In this document: positions 36,901 to 49,770 of the stretch, in pieces | Layout of the letters: the number at the start of each line of letters is the position of its first letter | Position numbering within the stretch: the stretch's first letter is position 1 | DNA from: Hyphochytrium catenoides | Taxonomy: Eukaryota; Protista; Hyphochytriomycota | Direction: 5' to 3' | NCBI GenBank assembly: GCA_900088475.1 | Contig: FLMG01001135.1 | Coordinates: 1-54,067, forward strand | DNA: 54,067 bases | Notes under the pieces: generated by a model | The model's database searches: none | What the model was told of the DNA's origin: nothing | Seen by the model: the letters and a program-made list of their open reading frames with translations, nothing else | Made by a program: the position numbers and the translations under genes

Positions 36901-39900
36901 CCTCAAGAGCAAGTGACACTAGCTTTTCCAATGACTCTGCTGCACTAATTCCTCTGTAATTGATATGCTGTCCATAGGCAAGGAGGACGGAAGTACCAAC
37001 AGCTTCGGCGACCTGCTCGCGAGCTTCTTCGTCCCCCTCCGGGGGTCCTAGGCCCAAGAGACATGAGAAGGGGCCAAAAGGAAGGCCTTCTTCCTCTTCC
37101 CTTGCCTCTTCTTCCTACCACGAGATCATGGGGTCGCAAAGCCCCACAAGGCGGAGCCGGTACGTATAAGACGTATAAGGATCCTATTGGACTAGCCAAG
37201 GCGCTTGCTTTGCCAGCTGATACGTCCTTTGTACCTGTAGTATTTGGGGCTTGGCTCTCACTTCCCTCCTACGGCCCAAGGTCTATCTAGACTCTATGAG
37301 TTGGACTATCCTATCCCAGGTTTCATTCTACTGACACCTCTAATTCCAGGACCAGCTCCAAAGAGCGCGCTAAGCACGTCTGTCCCTCCGATGGAAAAGG
37401 CTGTGCAATCAATTCTAAACAAAATGACGAAGGAGAAGTTCCACAAGCTCTCCAAAGATCTGGAAGCCATCAAGATTGAAGACCTCCAGTCTTTCAGGTC
37501 CAGTTCGACGCTCGCTAGAGCTCTGGTGTCTTTTATAAAGGGATCTGCGCTAATTGCATGCTCCTTTTTCCTGGAAGCTATCTATTCGCTTTGCCGTCCT
37601 TATTTCGCTCCCGGGAGTGCTTTTGAAGCTAGATCAATGTAACGCATGTGTCTTTTGCTTAACACAGGCGTTTGATTGCGATGGTTCTTGATAAAGCCTG
37701 GAGTGAGCCCAATTTTGGGCAAACCTACGCCCTTCTTTGTTTACGCCTGGCACAAAGTCTGCCCCAAAAGGGTCAAAACTTTTACACCTTGTACCACACA
37801 GAAGAGGTTAGCGCAGCCCCGTAAATAAGATAGACGAGAGGCCCTCAGCCGGAAAGATGGCTGTGCAGCAGCTGACGCTCTATCTTTGGTCTCTCTCCCT
37901 CCCTAGGGTTATGTCTGGACCGATTACGCGGAGAAGGATAACGACCTGCATGGTCCATACAAAACGTAATGACATGGCCATGGCCTAAGGACTTCTGCTT
38001 TTGGGCCAAGTTCTACCAAAGCTGCCTGGCCTCTCTTTCCCTTCTACTTCCGCTCACAGGGATCCTCTCTACTCACTCACGCTCTCTCATCTCTACGTTC
38101 ACAGGTTAGAGGAGGTTGAGCAGGCTGCTAGAGCCTCCCCAGGACCAGGAAAACGGTTAGTGGGCCGCTTCAAGCTCCAGCGGCTACTACGACTGCCACA
38201 CGATAAAACTGAGGAACAGGAAGAGTCAGCAACTACATCGGGTAGTGCGCCTCTATTGCTTGCTGTTTATGATAGGGAGCATGACAAGGGCAATCTGTAC
38301 TGGAAAGGTTAGCCATAGCTTTTGGTCCGACCTTCCCAAAGGTTGTCTTGCCTTTTGACCTTCGCACCTGTGTGGAAGCTTTCGAATCTACCTCTCTGTT
38401 TCTTCCTCTCTTTCCTCTTTGCCTCCTTGAAATAGGTTTTACTTCGGTTTTACGTGTCCTCCAGCTTAAGTCTGTAAAGCGTCTATTCTTTTCCAGTCTG
38501 GTTTTTACCCTCGTTATCACGCTTAGCACTTATGATCCTTTTCTCTGCAGTGATAGATGTGACACAGACGAAGACTCCTGTCCATCTGAGCAAAGCGTTT
38601 GCCACGGGTTAGCTGTTGCTTCTACTATCAGTTCTACCTCCTCCTCCTGCCACTGTATCTTTCTCCCACTCCAGCACCCCTCTGTCAGCAGATGCTTGCC
38701 AAACTTGTTGCCCCAGTGCCTTAATCACAACTTCGCACTTGATCCTATAGAGACGGAAGCATTGGCAGATGCTAAAGAAAAAACCAGTTTCAAAGCTACT
38801 CTCTTCCGCAGGTGTGAAGAAGAGTTTGACGATCAGGTGAAAAATAGTTCTTTCCCTTTTTCGTCCGGCATAAACCTTGCTTCTCATCGCTCCGGGTATT
38901 GTGTGACGTTTCGAATCATCAACTTGACCTGCAATGAGGCCCATGCTTGTTCTCAACATGCCCCATCTCTATCAATGCAGGCACGGTTCGAAAAGGTGGA
39001 GGAGCAGATGAAAGAAGTAGCAGAAAACCCTGACCTTGAAGAAAGAGAACGCAGATTGAAACAGTTGGAGCTCGAGGTTTGCTGAAAGTGGTCTCAATCA
39101 CTGCGTCGTCGTCCCATAAGCGTATCGTTTCTGCTGTTCTTCCCTTCAGGCCGAGTACACAAGGATCAAGCGGCGCATGCTGGGGAACATTCGATTCTTA
39201 GGAGAGCTTTTCAATGTGGAGCTTTTGCAGGTAGCTCTTCTGGCTCTTATGTCAAGCTGAAGTCCTTTTCTCCAATGCTAGCGCGCACCTTCTAGGTCGA
39301 AGCATCTAGACTGCACTGCTTCCCTTTTGCCCCCCTGCTTTTTATTCTCCCCTCGGGCCTATAGCGAGTACGAAAGTGATCTCCGTCTTGCTTCGGATAG
39401 GGGGATTTTATCAAGCGCTGCCTACAGTCTCTGCTAGACCAAGTTCATGAAAACATAAAGCAAAATCAGAGCGCCAGGTCAGGGAGAGCGCGGGAGACAC
39501 TCTATTACATATTAGCGTCGCATCGTCTGGTCCTTCAATTTTCATTGTGTGCCTCGCTTGGGCTCCACCATTCCGTCAGCAGTGGGTCTTTGCTTCGGTA
39601 TGCAGGCAGTAACGTCCTCCGACTGTAACAGCGCAAGCGACCAAGAGAATGTCGAGGCCCTCTGTCGCTTAATTACCACGGTCGGGAAGAAACTCTCCAC
39701 AATGTTTCCGCAATGGCTGGATCAGCTGCTTGCTGGCTTATGTTCCTTGCTGGCAGAGAAGGCGCTTCCTTCACGTCTTCGGTTCATGATTGCCGATGTA
39801 GTGGAACTAAAAGAGAATGACTGGATCCCTAGAAGAGAGGTGAGCGACCAGGACATAGGTGGAAGAAAGGAGGTTGGAAATGGAGAAAGACAGGCAGAGT

Positions 39901-41338
39901 AGCAATACCTCTGTTCTAAACGGTCGCACCACCTCATTTACTTTACCATGAGCGACTATTCATTCTTCAAGCGGAACTGACTCCTCACTTTGAGCAGGAG
40001 CTTCAACAAAAGACGCTAGCAGAGATTCGTAGGGAGGCAATGACTCAAAAGAAGACGAATACTAAGAAGAGGGTGACTGTGTCAGTTCAAGCATTAGAGG
40101 CCCTGACGGAAAAAGAGAAGGAAGAGAGAGCTAGACAAGAGGCAGAACAGCTAGCTGAGGAGGCAGCGGACGAGGAAGAAGAGGAAGGAGAGGAAGGACA
40201 AGAGGAGGAAGAAGGTGAACAATGTCTTTCTTGCTACTACTGCTCACTAGTCATACTTAGGTCTTTCGATGTCGCATGTAGTGTCTTTACCGCCGCTCTC
40301 GGATGAGGAGCTGCAGGCAAAGCTAAATGGAATTGTTCAAGAGTATCTAAGCATAGAAGACATGAGTGAAGTAGCCGACTGCTTGGCCGAGATCAGTCAT
40401 GACGAAGGTAGGTCGCCGCAATCTCACCTCTGTACCATCGCCGTCCAGTCCCGTGTATGCTTTGTAAAAACGTCTTGTTTCCACTAGCAAATGCTGTCCA
40501 AGATCTCTCCCTTAAGGCCGTTGAGTCCCCTCCCCGTTCAGCTCACCTCGTCTCTCTCATTCTGACTTCCCTCTAAACTGGCAGCGGGTCCAATGTTCGT
40601 GAATCTCTGTGCCGGCAAGGCTTTGGAGGGAAAGCAGGAGGAGAGAGAGAAACTCTCTTTTCTGCTTTGCGCACTGTTTGAGGAGGGCCATCTTACCTCA
40701 GAATCGATAGAGAAAGGCTTGCAAGATACCATGGAGTTTCTGGAAGACCTGAAGATTGATCTGCCTCGTTTGGAAGAGTACGCTGGACTCCTTCTGGGCT
40801 ATTTGGTAGACGTCGGATGCTTTGACGTCGCCTGGGTAGAGGACCATATGCAGCACGTGGTAAGAAGAGTTAACCTCAGTACCAAGCAAGGGCGGTCGGC
40901 TGCTAGGAAAGAGAGGAGAGAGCACATTACCGTTAGGGGAGAGCACATTACTGTAGAGAGAGAGAGCACATCACTGTTGGGGTACGAAGAATGTGGACCT
41001 CGAGAGATTATGGCAGTAAAGATCTAGGGGAAACAAGCGCGGCCTAGCATCTGTCTTGACAGGAAAGAGAGACGCTGAAGTGCCAGTATAATAGGTGTAG
41101 CCTGAGCTTGAGGACTGGAACTAGTAGAAGGCCTTGGTTAAGGGCGTCGTACTGACCCCAAAGCTGCTATGTCTTCTAGACTGATCCCAAGCTGAAGAGT
41201 GACATCCTTGCTGAGATTGAGAAGGTTTTGGCTAGCGAGGAGGCCGAGGATCCAATCGAGCCTACGCATCATGACTCGGAAGACCGAGCGACCGACAGCG
41301 GGACGGAGTTGCCCTTGGACGTTCAGGACACCGACTGA
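33908..41338 (+). CDS. eIF4G: Eukaryotic translation initiation factor 4G-like (long low-complexity N-terminus, MIF4G, MA3); start uncertain
   Basis: MIF4G: VQSILNKMTKEKFHKL, LDKAWSEPNFGQTYALLC, FKATLFRRCEEEF, KRRMLGNIRFLGELF, ENVEALCRLITTVGK, SRLRFMIADVVELKENDW. MA3: GIVQEYLSIED, EREKLSFLL, LEDLKIDLPR. Last exon ends DVQDTD*. Confidence 0.9.
40918..40982. repeat. Intronic minisatellite, 3 copies of gagagcacat(t/c)ac(c/t)gt
   Basis: Copies start at 40918, 40939 and 40962. Confidence 0.85.
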
Positions 41339-42289
41339 GACGGTCTCATTTCCTCAGCGAGTTTATCGATAGAGGTATCACCTGCTTAGCTCTGTCTCGG
41401 CACTTTTACGGCTTGCAGGCTCAGTAAAGGGAGACATGTGCTCATCGCAGTTCTTGGAGACCTAAGAAACCCCTCATTCCACATTGAGGTCAATGCAAGT
41501 AGATCGAAGAAGGCTCCAAGGCCCATACTTGGGCTTTACCGCAGAAGCACACTCAGTGTGTGCAAACTGCTTTCTCTCCACTCTGCTGGGGAGGGCATTT
41601 CAGCCTTTCTTCGTTTTCAATGCAACATAAAAGGGTTGTTGCCTAGCCAGGGAATGAGTGGTAGTTCTCTTTAGGGTTAAGGTAGCCTGGATCCGCGCCT
41701 GCAAAGTGGCCTAAAGGACAGCAATTCATTGATGTATATGGGCGAAAACACGCAAACCGAATGTAAATGTAGTCTATCATCTGTCTTATAACCTTTCTCT
41801 GCTTTCTCGATGGTATTGCCGGCAGGCGTTCTAAACGCAACGTCCTGCTCACGCTGCTGATCACATGCACTTGTCGCTGAGGATAGAGTTATGACTACAG
41901 ACGTGGTTCTAATCAGTCCAAAGTAAGGGGCAACTCTAGTCTTCTGTATCATGCGCCGTTGTAGAGAGGGGCAACTCTGCTTGGAAACCTGCGCGGCTCA
42001 AATAGGGCAGCGACGACACCACGACTGCGACTAGGCCATGCTGCCCCTGGTAGCCTCGGAACCGTCGGGACACTATTTTATATAGTTGGGACAAACTGAT
42101 AGCTTTGTCATGACCAGGACTTTATCCACTAGTAAGAACGAGGTCTAGCTCTATTGAAAACTGAGCCGTAGATCAAATGGCACCAGTCGTCAGAGAAACA
42201 ACTCTGCTCATTGAGCATTGAGTGACTTCTGAAGCCTCCCGTTATTCTTCATCTTCAATGTCTTCTCCACTCTCATCTTCCCCGTCGCA

Positions 42290-45200
42290 CTAGCCTTCCC
42301 GCACCGGTGGCGGAGGGCGATGTATCTCCCTTATCTCATGCTGAATCTGATGCCATTGCGGTGCTGTGAGTTCTGCATAGTAGTTCTCTTCCGCATTATC
42401 ACTGTGGCGTTCGTATCTCAAGCGCTTTCGATGCTCCAGTGCATCATGAAGCGTATAGGAATGTGGAAGATAGCTAAGGATCTTCTGAAGCAGCTCCACA
42501 GAAAGCTGTAAGGGGGAACGGAGGCTCCCCACCACATCTTGCAAAGCCTCCATCAGAAGAAAGCTCTTGACCTCCCATGGTTGGGAGATAATGTCTCTTG
42601 AAGAGATTAGACGGTGTTGGGGGCATACCAACAGAAAGGTTAGCAGTTTGAGTGATACAGTAGCTTCTGTGGGCGCATCGGCAGCCGAGAAGGGCAGGAA
42701 ACGGTATTGAATGTTATTCTTGAAGGCGAACAGGCTCCCTTCTTCAATGGGTAAACTGCCCAGCTCTTGCGAGCCGACGAACCCCTGCTGAGGCAGATAG
42801 GGGAAGAGAAGGTCCAGCTGTGCCTCTGCCGGTTCCTGTACTGTAGGTGCACGGACAGGAATGGAAGTGTATGATTCCAGGGCCTCTGTTTGTCTAAATG
42901 CAATCCCTTCTAGTTTCACTGAGGGATCAGCATGATAAACGCAAAGGCCGACAGCGACGATGTCTTCAGGGGGAGTGCCCTCTCGTGTCCAAGAGGAAGC
43001 AGGAAGATTCTGCCCAGGCGTCAGCTGGTACTCGACTGAGCGCACTATGACTTGCAACTCACGATTGCGGAGCGAGAATTCACAGCAGCGCTCGAACATG
43101 GGAAGAATGGTAGAGAAGACCGAAGAGATCACATCTAGCAATCCTGGCTGGACCGTGCGACCTATTGGTCCAATGGCGGACTTTATTTCTGTCTCTCCTT
43201 CATCCGACACCCAGAAGACTGAAGGAAGGAGCTGATAAGGAGAGGTGGGCCTCTTCCATTGGTGCCTCTTCCTGTTATTCCATAGCCTGTAAACTTCGGC
43301 AAAGTCATGCGGACGAGTTAACCCATTAATACAGGGATAGAGCATCGGGTCGATAGCTCTAACAAGCTTTCCTTTTGACCCTTCCAGTCTCTCTTCCATA
43401 AGTAAGGCCCTTATACGAGGACCGTACAACGACAATAAGTTCTCCATCTCCTCATTGAGGCGCCTCTTTAACTCCAAAGGAAGTGCAGCCCTGGCCTCAT
43501 AGATTATGGAACGATTCGGAACTACACGCTTCTCCTGTCGAGCCTGGACGAACTGTACCCCGGCAAAGCCATCAGGCGGAGGATGCACAAGCACAAGCGT
43601 GGGCCCTTCGCCTGGCGTCCGCCGGGTTGATCTTCCTCTCTTTTGCGGACGTATTTCTTTAGGAAGCGGACGAAGAGGAGGGCAGCTTAAGAAGATGGAG
43701 TGCTCGACTCTCGTCCACATGTTGAATAGAGCTGTTTCCCATGGTGCGGCCCTCGAAGTACTTGCCGCTGTGCCACCACAGACTACCAAGTCTATAGGTC
43801 CCTCGATCGCTACTGCAGCAAAAAGCGGCTTAGTGTGCGCCAGTTGGTAGGTGAGGCCGGGACTTGACACTTCTCGGGTTTTAGAACGAACAGTCCGCCT
43901 GTCAACTGTTCCTGCTGAGTTTAGGGCCATATAGGGTTACTTACTAATGGCTCTCTGTCATGCATCACACAGATGACTAAAACCAGCTCCACACACACTT
44001 AAGTGTGAAGAAGGGTAAGATCTAAAGGGTAAACGATACGCTAAAATGACTAACGATATGCTTATAAAGAGGATTTGGATTACCTGCGGGTTCGCCGGGA
44101 AAGGTCTCTCGAGAAGTTCCAGGAGAGGGATATATCAGCTCACCATTCCTTGTGAAGAACGGGGTGCGGCAGATTGCATCAAACCCTGCCCCCACCACGT
44201 CCCCAGGAGAAAAGGAGGAACCTTTGGACTGTCCTGTAGCTGGTTCGAAGTGAATCAACCCCAGAGTGGAGATCTCAATCCGTCCGTCACTAGTTTCATA
44301 AGATCAGGCAGTTAAGGACCAGCCAAGTTGACTCCATGGAACAACGCATAGAAGAAAGGAACGAGGCGCCAGAACGTCAGACAGAGAAACAGGACCGAGA
44401 GCCGGAAGTAAGATCTTGCTCAATGATCTGGGCAACAATACATCAGTGCACTTTGGAAAGTTAGAAGAACATCACGATAGAAGCTAGTGATGAAGATGGC
44501 TCACCTGTAATAACCGATGCTGAACCTTGGGCGGTTACCTCTGTACGGGTTCCAGTCGTATCCTGCTACACTGGATCCTGGTGCGCCCAGATGCTGGTCC
44601 TCGGGATGATCCTCCTCAGTCATCCCCACTGAAATCTCCCACCCCTCATCGCGGCTGCTGTCCGAGAGCACCGATGATCCCAGAATCCTTACCTCAAAGT
44701 AGTAGAAAAACGGTGATGAAGACGACCCTCCACTCTCTTGCCGTGATGAGGAGGATTCTCCACTCTCGTCCTTGATGTCCGATTCACGTGGTGTTGAGAG
44801 ACGCACAGGCAGGCCGAAATGGCTCATCATACTATGGTCGGAAAGGACCGCTATCACCTTGTCTTGGTTCACTGCCGAGCTGCGAGAGATATGAATACGT
44901 CTTCCAGAAAAAGTTTGTCGAGGGAAGGAAGGTAGATCTATCGATCCAACGGTGCTTGATTCTTTTTGTCCTTCTTGCGCCTTGTCTACCGTCCATACCA
45001 TGGTCCCTTCCTGCCTCTCAGTTAAAGGAGGAAGGAGCCTGTATTTGATCCATTGCGAGCGATCGTAGTAGACTAGCGGAGAAGCTGGCAGCTGCTTCAT
45101 GTTTTGCATAATCTGAGCTTGAGCATCAGCTGCCACTCTTCGGAGTTTCCAAGCACCTATAGTAAGAGAGACTTTAGTGATCAAAACGGCAAGGAAGGCT

Positions 45201-48200
45201 TCCGACTAGAAAGGTAACGAGGAGGAGAGAGCAAGAAGACCGATGAGCAACGAAACAGGGAGCAAGATGCGCAAAAGGCGAAATAGGCTTTCTCTGCCTT
45301 CATGTACCTCCATGAACTTCATCTGGCGCTAGAGAAAGGCGGGCACCCTTCTGTCTCTTCTGTGGTGGCCCAGCGCTCACTTGCTCGCCCCGCACAACTT
45401 CTCGTGCATCCCCTCCTTGCTGCCTCAACTCCAGCGCTAGTCTATAAGCTAACTCAGGGCGTATGCCGTAGATGGCCTGTGCCTCTGCATAAAGCATTAC
45501 CTGGGCAAAACTTGAGGTTCTAAGAGCTCTTTCCCAGTCAGACAGACTGTGTATCAAATCTGTAAGATCTTTAATAAGAGGAACATCCGCTTCAAGCTCT
45601 TCTAAAGTCCACGGGTTAAACTCATTTGCCAGTGGAACGACCGTTAGAGCCTCTTCTGTTCCATGGGTAAAAGATCCTTGTCCCTGTCCATCGGGGACCC
45701 CAATTAGCGAAATTTGCCGCCTACATTCTCTAAGAAGCTCATCGCGGAACCAATAGAGCAAGTCAACTTGGCCAGATCGCGAAGAGTAAGCCAGCCAATG
45801 TGGGCGCAATCTCTCCTGATGAAGAGCTTCTAACAGAGAGAAAAGGAGCTCTGACGGTACAGGACTGGAATTGTCCAAGAGGTAACCTAGAAGGGCTTCC
45901 AGAACTTGTCGGGATCGAAGAGAGCTCTCAAGACGAGGCCAAAAGCGATCCAGCAAGTCCAGCGTGAGTTTGCCACCCTGCTGGCATAAGGTAAACAGTA
46001 TTGCCAGAGCACGGCCATATTCGTAAGGCTCTCCCTGGGAGCAGCAGGCGCCAACAAGGCCCATAGCCCGCTTGGCCCAAGAAGATCGTAGCTTGAACAA
46101 GGGATGATGAACTACCGCCAAGACTGCTTCCAATGCCCAAGTCACCCCCATGTAAGGGTTCCCCTGCTCCCAGTAAGCATGGAAACTGTTGCCATGGACT
46201 GAAAAATATTCTGATCGCTCCAGCTTGTCCATGAGCAATGGAACCATCTCTTCGTATGTTTCCAACAGCCAAGACAGGTTCCAAGCTTTGTTGGGCTTCG
46301 ATAGCCAGTAGATGAGGCCAAGGAGGGTTAAGCGGCCATCATCCTGTAGCTCTTTTGACCGTGCGAGCTGATAGAAATGGTCAAGCAGGGGATTGTCTAC
46401 TGCAGGGTCGTACGGCACATCCCAGAGACTATACACTCGCGCTCCAAACCAGCCAACTGCGAAGTAAGGCCATCTAAACCTGTCCTCCAATCGCCGCCCA
46501 CATGCCTCCTTCAGGCTTCTTATGTACAGAGCAGACAGTCGTCGAATGTCTTCACCTGTGGTGAAAAAGGGCTGTAGCAGCGGCGGCGTAACGCTTTGTC
46601 TTCCTTCAGGCCAAGTTAGTTCAGCGTCGTGTCCCACGACCTCTGGGTAGAGCCGAAGAATAGACTGGACTTCGTTCACGATCTGCAGTAGACGTCGCAG
46701 GGCAATCCAGAGCCGTGCGCATTGGTAGGCAATCCACAGCGATAGCCCCTCGTCTTCTGGATCCTCAATGCCTCTGTCGGGGATTCTCATTTGAGACCTT
46801 TCGAGACATTCTAGTAGATCGCTCGCAAGCTCCTTTAATCCCCTTAACAGCAATTTCAGTCGTTTGGCACGTTGGTTGTGGTCAGGATGCCTCTGAAAGA
46901 TCTCCACCACTATCTTCCGCATGTAAAAAAGGCCCTTTCCAACGGTGTGGTCCTCTGCTGCAGCACAGGACTGGGGAAGGTGACAGCGAGGATACATAAC
47001 CTCTAACTCAATGCTGCGACAGTTACCGTACAGATGTTCCAATAGCCTTTGAACCAGACGTTGCCACGACAGATTCAATTTCTGATCTCTTAAGTATTTG
47101 TCCTCGTCGTCCTCCTCACCCTCCGAAGTTATTTCTCCTTCATTTGAAACCATTTCTTCTGACTCTGTATCTCCTTCCGGCTTTAATAACACTTGCCTGG
47201 GCTTTGTCAGGCAGTCACGGATAAGCTCCGTAATCCGCCAAAACATAATGGGTCTCTCCTGATCGTGGACCAGCGAGGTCATACCCCAAAAGACTAGAAT
47301 CTCAATGAAAGGGTTTCGTAAGAACTGTAGTCCACATCCTGCACTTCGAGCACTCAAGATATGGCGGCAAATACTGGTCATAACGGCGTCTACGCAGGGG
47401 CACACAGAGATCATAGCTGGGTACGAGGACTGACTAACTTCGAATAACTGGTGGTGCATCATCAGCGCCTCTTGCAGTGGAGTGAGACTCCTAGTAAGAG
47501 GCCTCTCCCAGCCTTTTCCATCGAGGAAAGAGTGAAATACCTTTCTCATGAGCTGCCGCCAGGGAGCGGGCTGGTCATGCTGAAAATAACCGGAGATCAG
47601 AGGGGCAAAGATGTTTAGCGATTGGGCTATGATTCTTCGGCTAGAAGTCAGGTCTAGATGAGGCCACTGATAATCCCCTCCCGATAGGCAGAGCCAAACC
47701 TTCATCAGTCCTTCATCGTGTTGCCAAGATGTAGTAGTTCCTTCTTCCTTTCGCGCGAGGTTTTGATAGAATCGACCGGTTTCCTTCTCTTCACCAGAGC
47801 TCCTTTCAAGGTAGGCCTTCCTGGCTAGAATCAGAGTCGCGGCGCAACGTAGTAACCACGTTTTCGTCTCTTCCTCCTGCTCCTTCTCAACTTCTTGTGT
47901 GGGTAAGTCTTCTTCTTCAAATGTGACAAGGACAGAAGCGAGGGCGAAGCCTACGTGGCAGAGGGTCTTCAAGCTTATAGTTGATAGAGGAGCCTCTTGC
48001 GAAGGCTCGGCAGACTCAAACGGGGTCATTGTGTCTACGCTCTCTGCGATGCAACTATCGAGAGTCTGAAGCTGTTGCATCCATCTTCTGCCTCTTTGTT
48101 CCTTTGACTCTTGCTGTCCAGAGAGTGTAGAGCTATGGGGAAGGGTGACGGTACGTCCTCTATTTCTCATTTCGCTTGGTTGTCTTCCCGCCTCCTCATA

Positions 48201-48464
48201 TTGTTCTTCCGTCTCTTCTGGTTGTTGCCTTGTTTCTTTGTCACTCTGGCCACCTGGGTCTCCCTCTTGCATGAAAATCCCAGATGACGTATAGATCCTA
48301 CCTGGGAACAGAAACGAGTGGAAGGGCTTCTCCGCCAGGAAACTGGAGGCGACGCCCCAGACAGCCTTCTCTGCGTTCTCATCTCCAATGCTCAGGACAT
48401 CATTGACCGAGCTCTTCAATAATTCTCCTTCATTCTCTTGTGTGTCAATGTCCTCCATACTCAT
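42290..48464 (-). CDS. Large (about 1900 aa) multidomain protein: long predicted-helical N-terminus + SPRY + C-terminal DUF4246 (2OG-Fe(II) oxygenase-like fold)
   Basis: Four ORFs join through three phase-compatible GT-AG introns (VHG|GAWK, IGYY|SDGR, EPA|AGTV). SPRY: FYYFEVRI...ISVG...LG...SIGYYSDG...FSPGDVVGAG...FFTRNG. DUF4246: IDPMLYP, YQLLPS, ILPMFE, LQVIV, LTPG, EG...EDIVA, FRQ, LGS, FLLVCP...ISS, ALEHRKRL. Confidence 0.8.
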
Positions 48465-49770
48465 AACCTTCGGTAGGCGCACCTGAACCTCCTTCCAGAT
48501 GACGCCACACCCAAAATTTACCTCTCCTCTCCGCCACTCTCCCCGCCCCGCCGCCTGCGCTGGTGACTTGCTCTAGGATAAAAGCATTACCTAGTACCAA
48601 TCCATCAGCTGGAAGAGCATGTGGTTCTCTTGGTCAGATGCTACCCCATATCATCGGGATGCCGCGGCTTGCGGGCCTTCAGGGTAAGGGACGTGACGAT
48701 GAGATGAAGATTTCTCTCTTCTTTCTTACGGATCGTGTCACGCTTGCAGACAGCCCACAGCTGGACAGAGCGAGCGGTGAAAGGCCGTTACGATACCATA
48801 AAAAAGGCGCAGAGTGAAGACTCAGACTGAGGAACTGATGATAAAGGATACAAAAGAAACAGCAGAAATGGAGTGAATGAAGAGAGACAGAGAAGGAGAG
48901 AAAGAGAGACAGAGAGGTGGACTAAGCACTGAGAAAAGAGGGTCAGAGCCAATAGAGAAATGTTGGTGTGTGAAGAGAGAAAGAGACAGAAAGACAAAAC
49001 AGAGCAGTAGAGAGGCCAAGATATTCTGTAAAACTGAACTAGAGAAGCGTTCTTGGGAAGTGGTGCGCTCAGAAGCAATAGGAGTGTGCGTAACAAATAC
49101 CTAAGTAGTACAACATGCACTTAAAAGATCACAGCTTAGTGCGGATACAGAGGAACAAACTACCAGACTAACCTACATAGGTTTGTAGAGGAAATGAGTA
49201 GTTGTAGTCTGTTGCGCACAGATCAGAACCTTGCCGTTGTGTGCGTGTCACAAATAACTGATAATTGACAAAAACTAAAATATCAGCTTCCACTGTGTGA
49301 AGGGCACCAGGCAGAAAGAGTAAACAGAATGGATGCTGGGCCATTATCTGGATGACTCTTTACAGTCTTGAAGGTGTTCTTCCTGTCAATTTAGATTTCT
49401 TCACTCGAAGCAGGGGGAACCAATTGTCCTGCTGCCCTTCGGCACTGATCAGAAGCTGCTGTTGGTCATGTCAGGGTGATCACTCGCCGACAGCGTTACT
49501 GCTCGCTGAAGGAGCAGGTCAAGGAGCTCGCTTGAAGAAGAAGGGCCTATTGATAGGGAGAGAAGTGGACTGGCAGAACGATAAGGGTGCTTCGGGCATG
49601 GGTAGTGAGGCTCTGTGAAGGTGTCCCAGTAGCTGGTCTCCGTCAGAGGTGGTAGACTAATTTGAAGGACCTTGCAGCCTGATACGGGCTCCCAGTAACA
49701 GAGTTCTGTTGTTGGTGAGAGCAAACTGCAGCAGAGAATCTAGGGCAGGTGCAGGGATAGCTTCTAAAAT

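Noticed and set aside
40918-40982. Spaced repeats resembling a mini-CRISPR
   Set aside because: Units of about 21-23 bp with no real spacers, inside a spliceosomal intron, and no cas genes
48600-49760. Possible minus-strand gene divergent from LTV1
   Set aside because: Only fragmentary exon candidates with no homology evidence; cannot be supported
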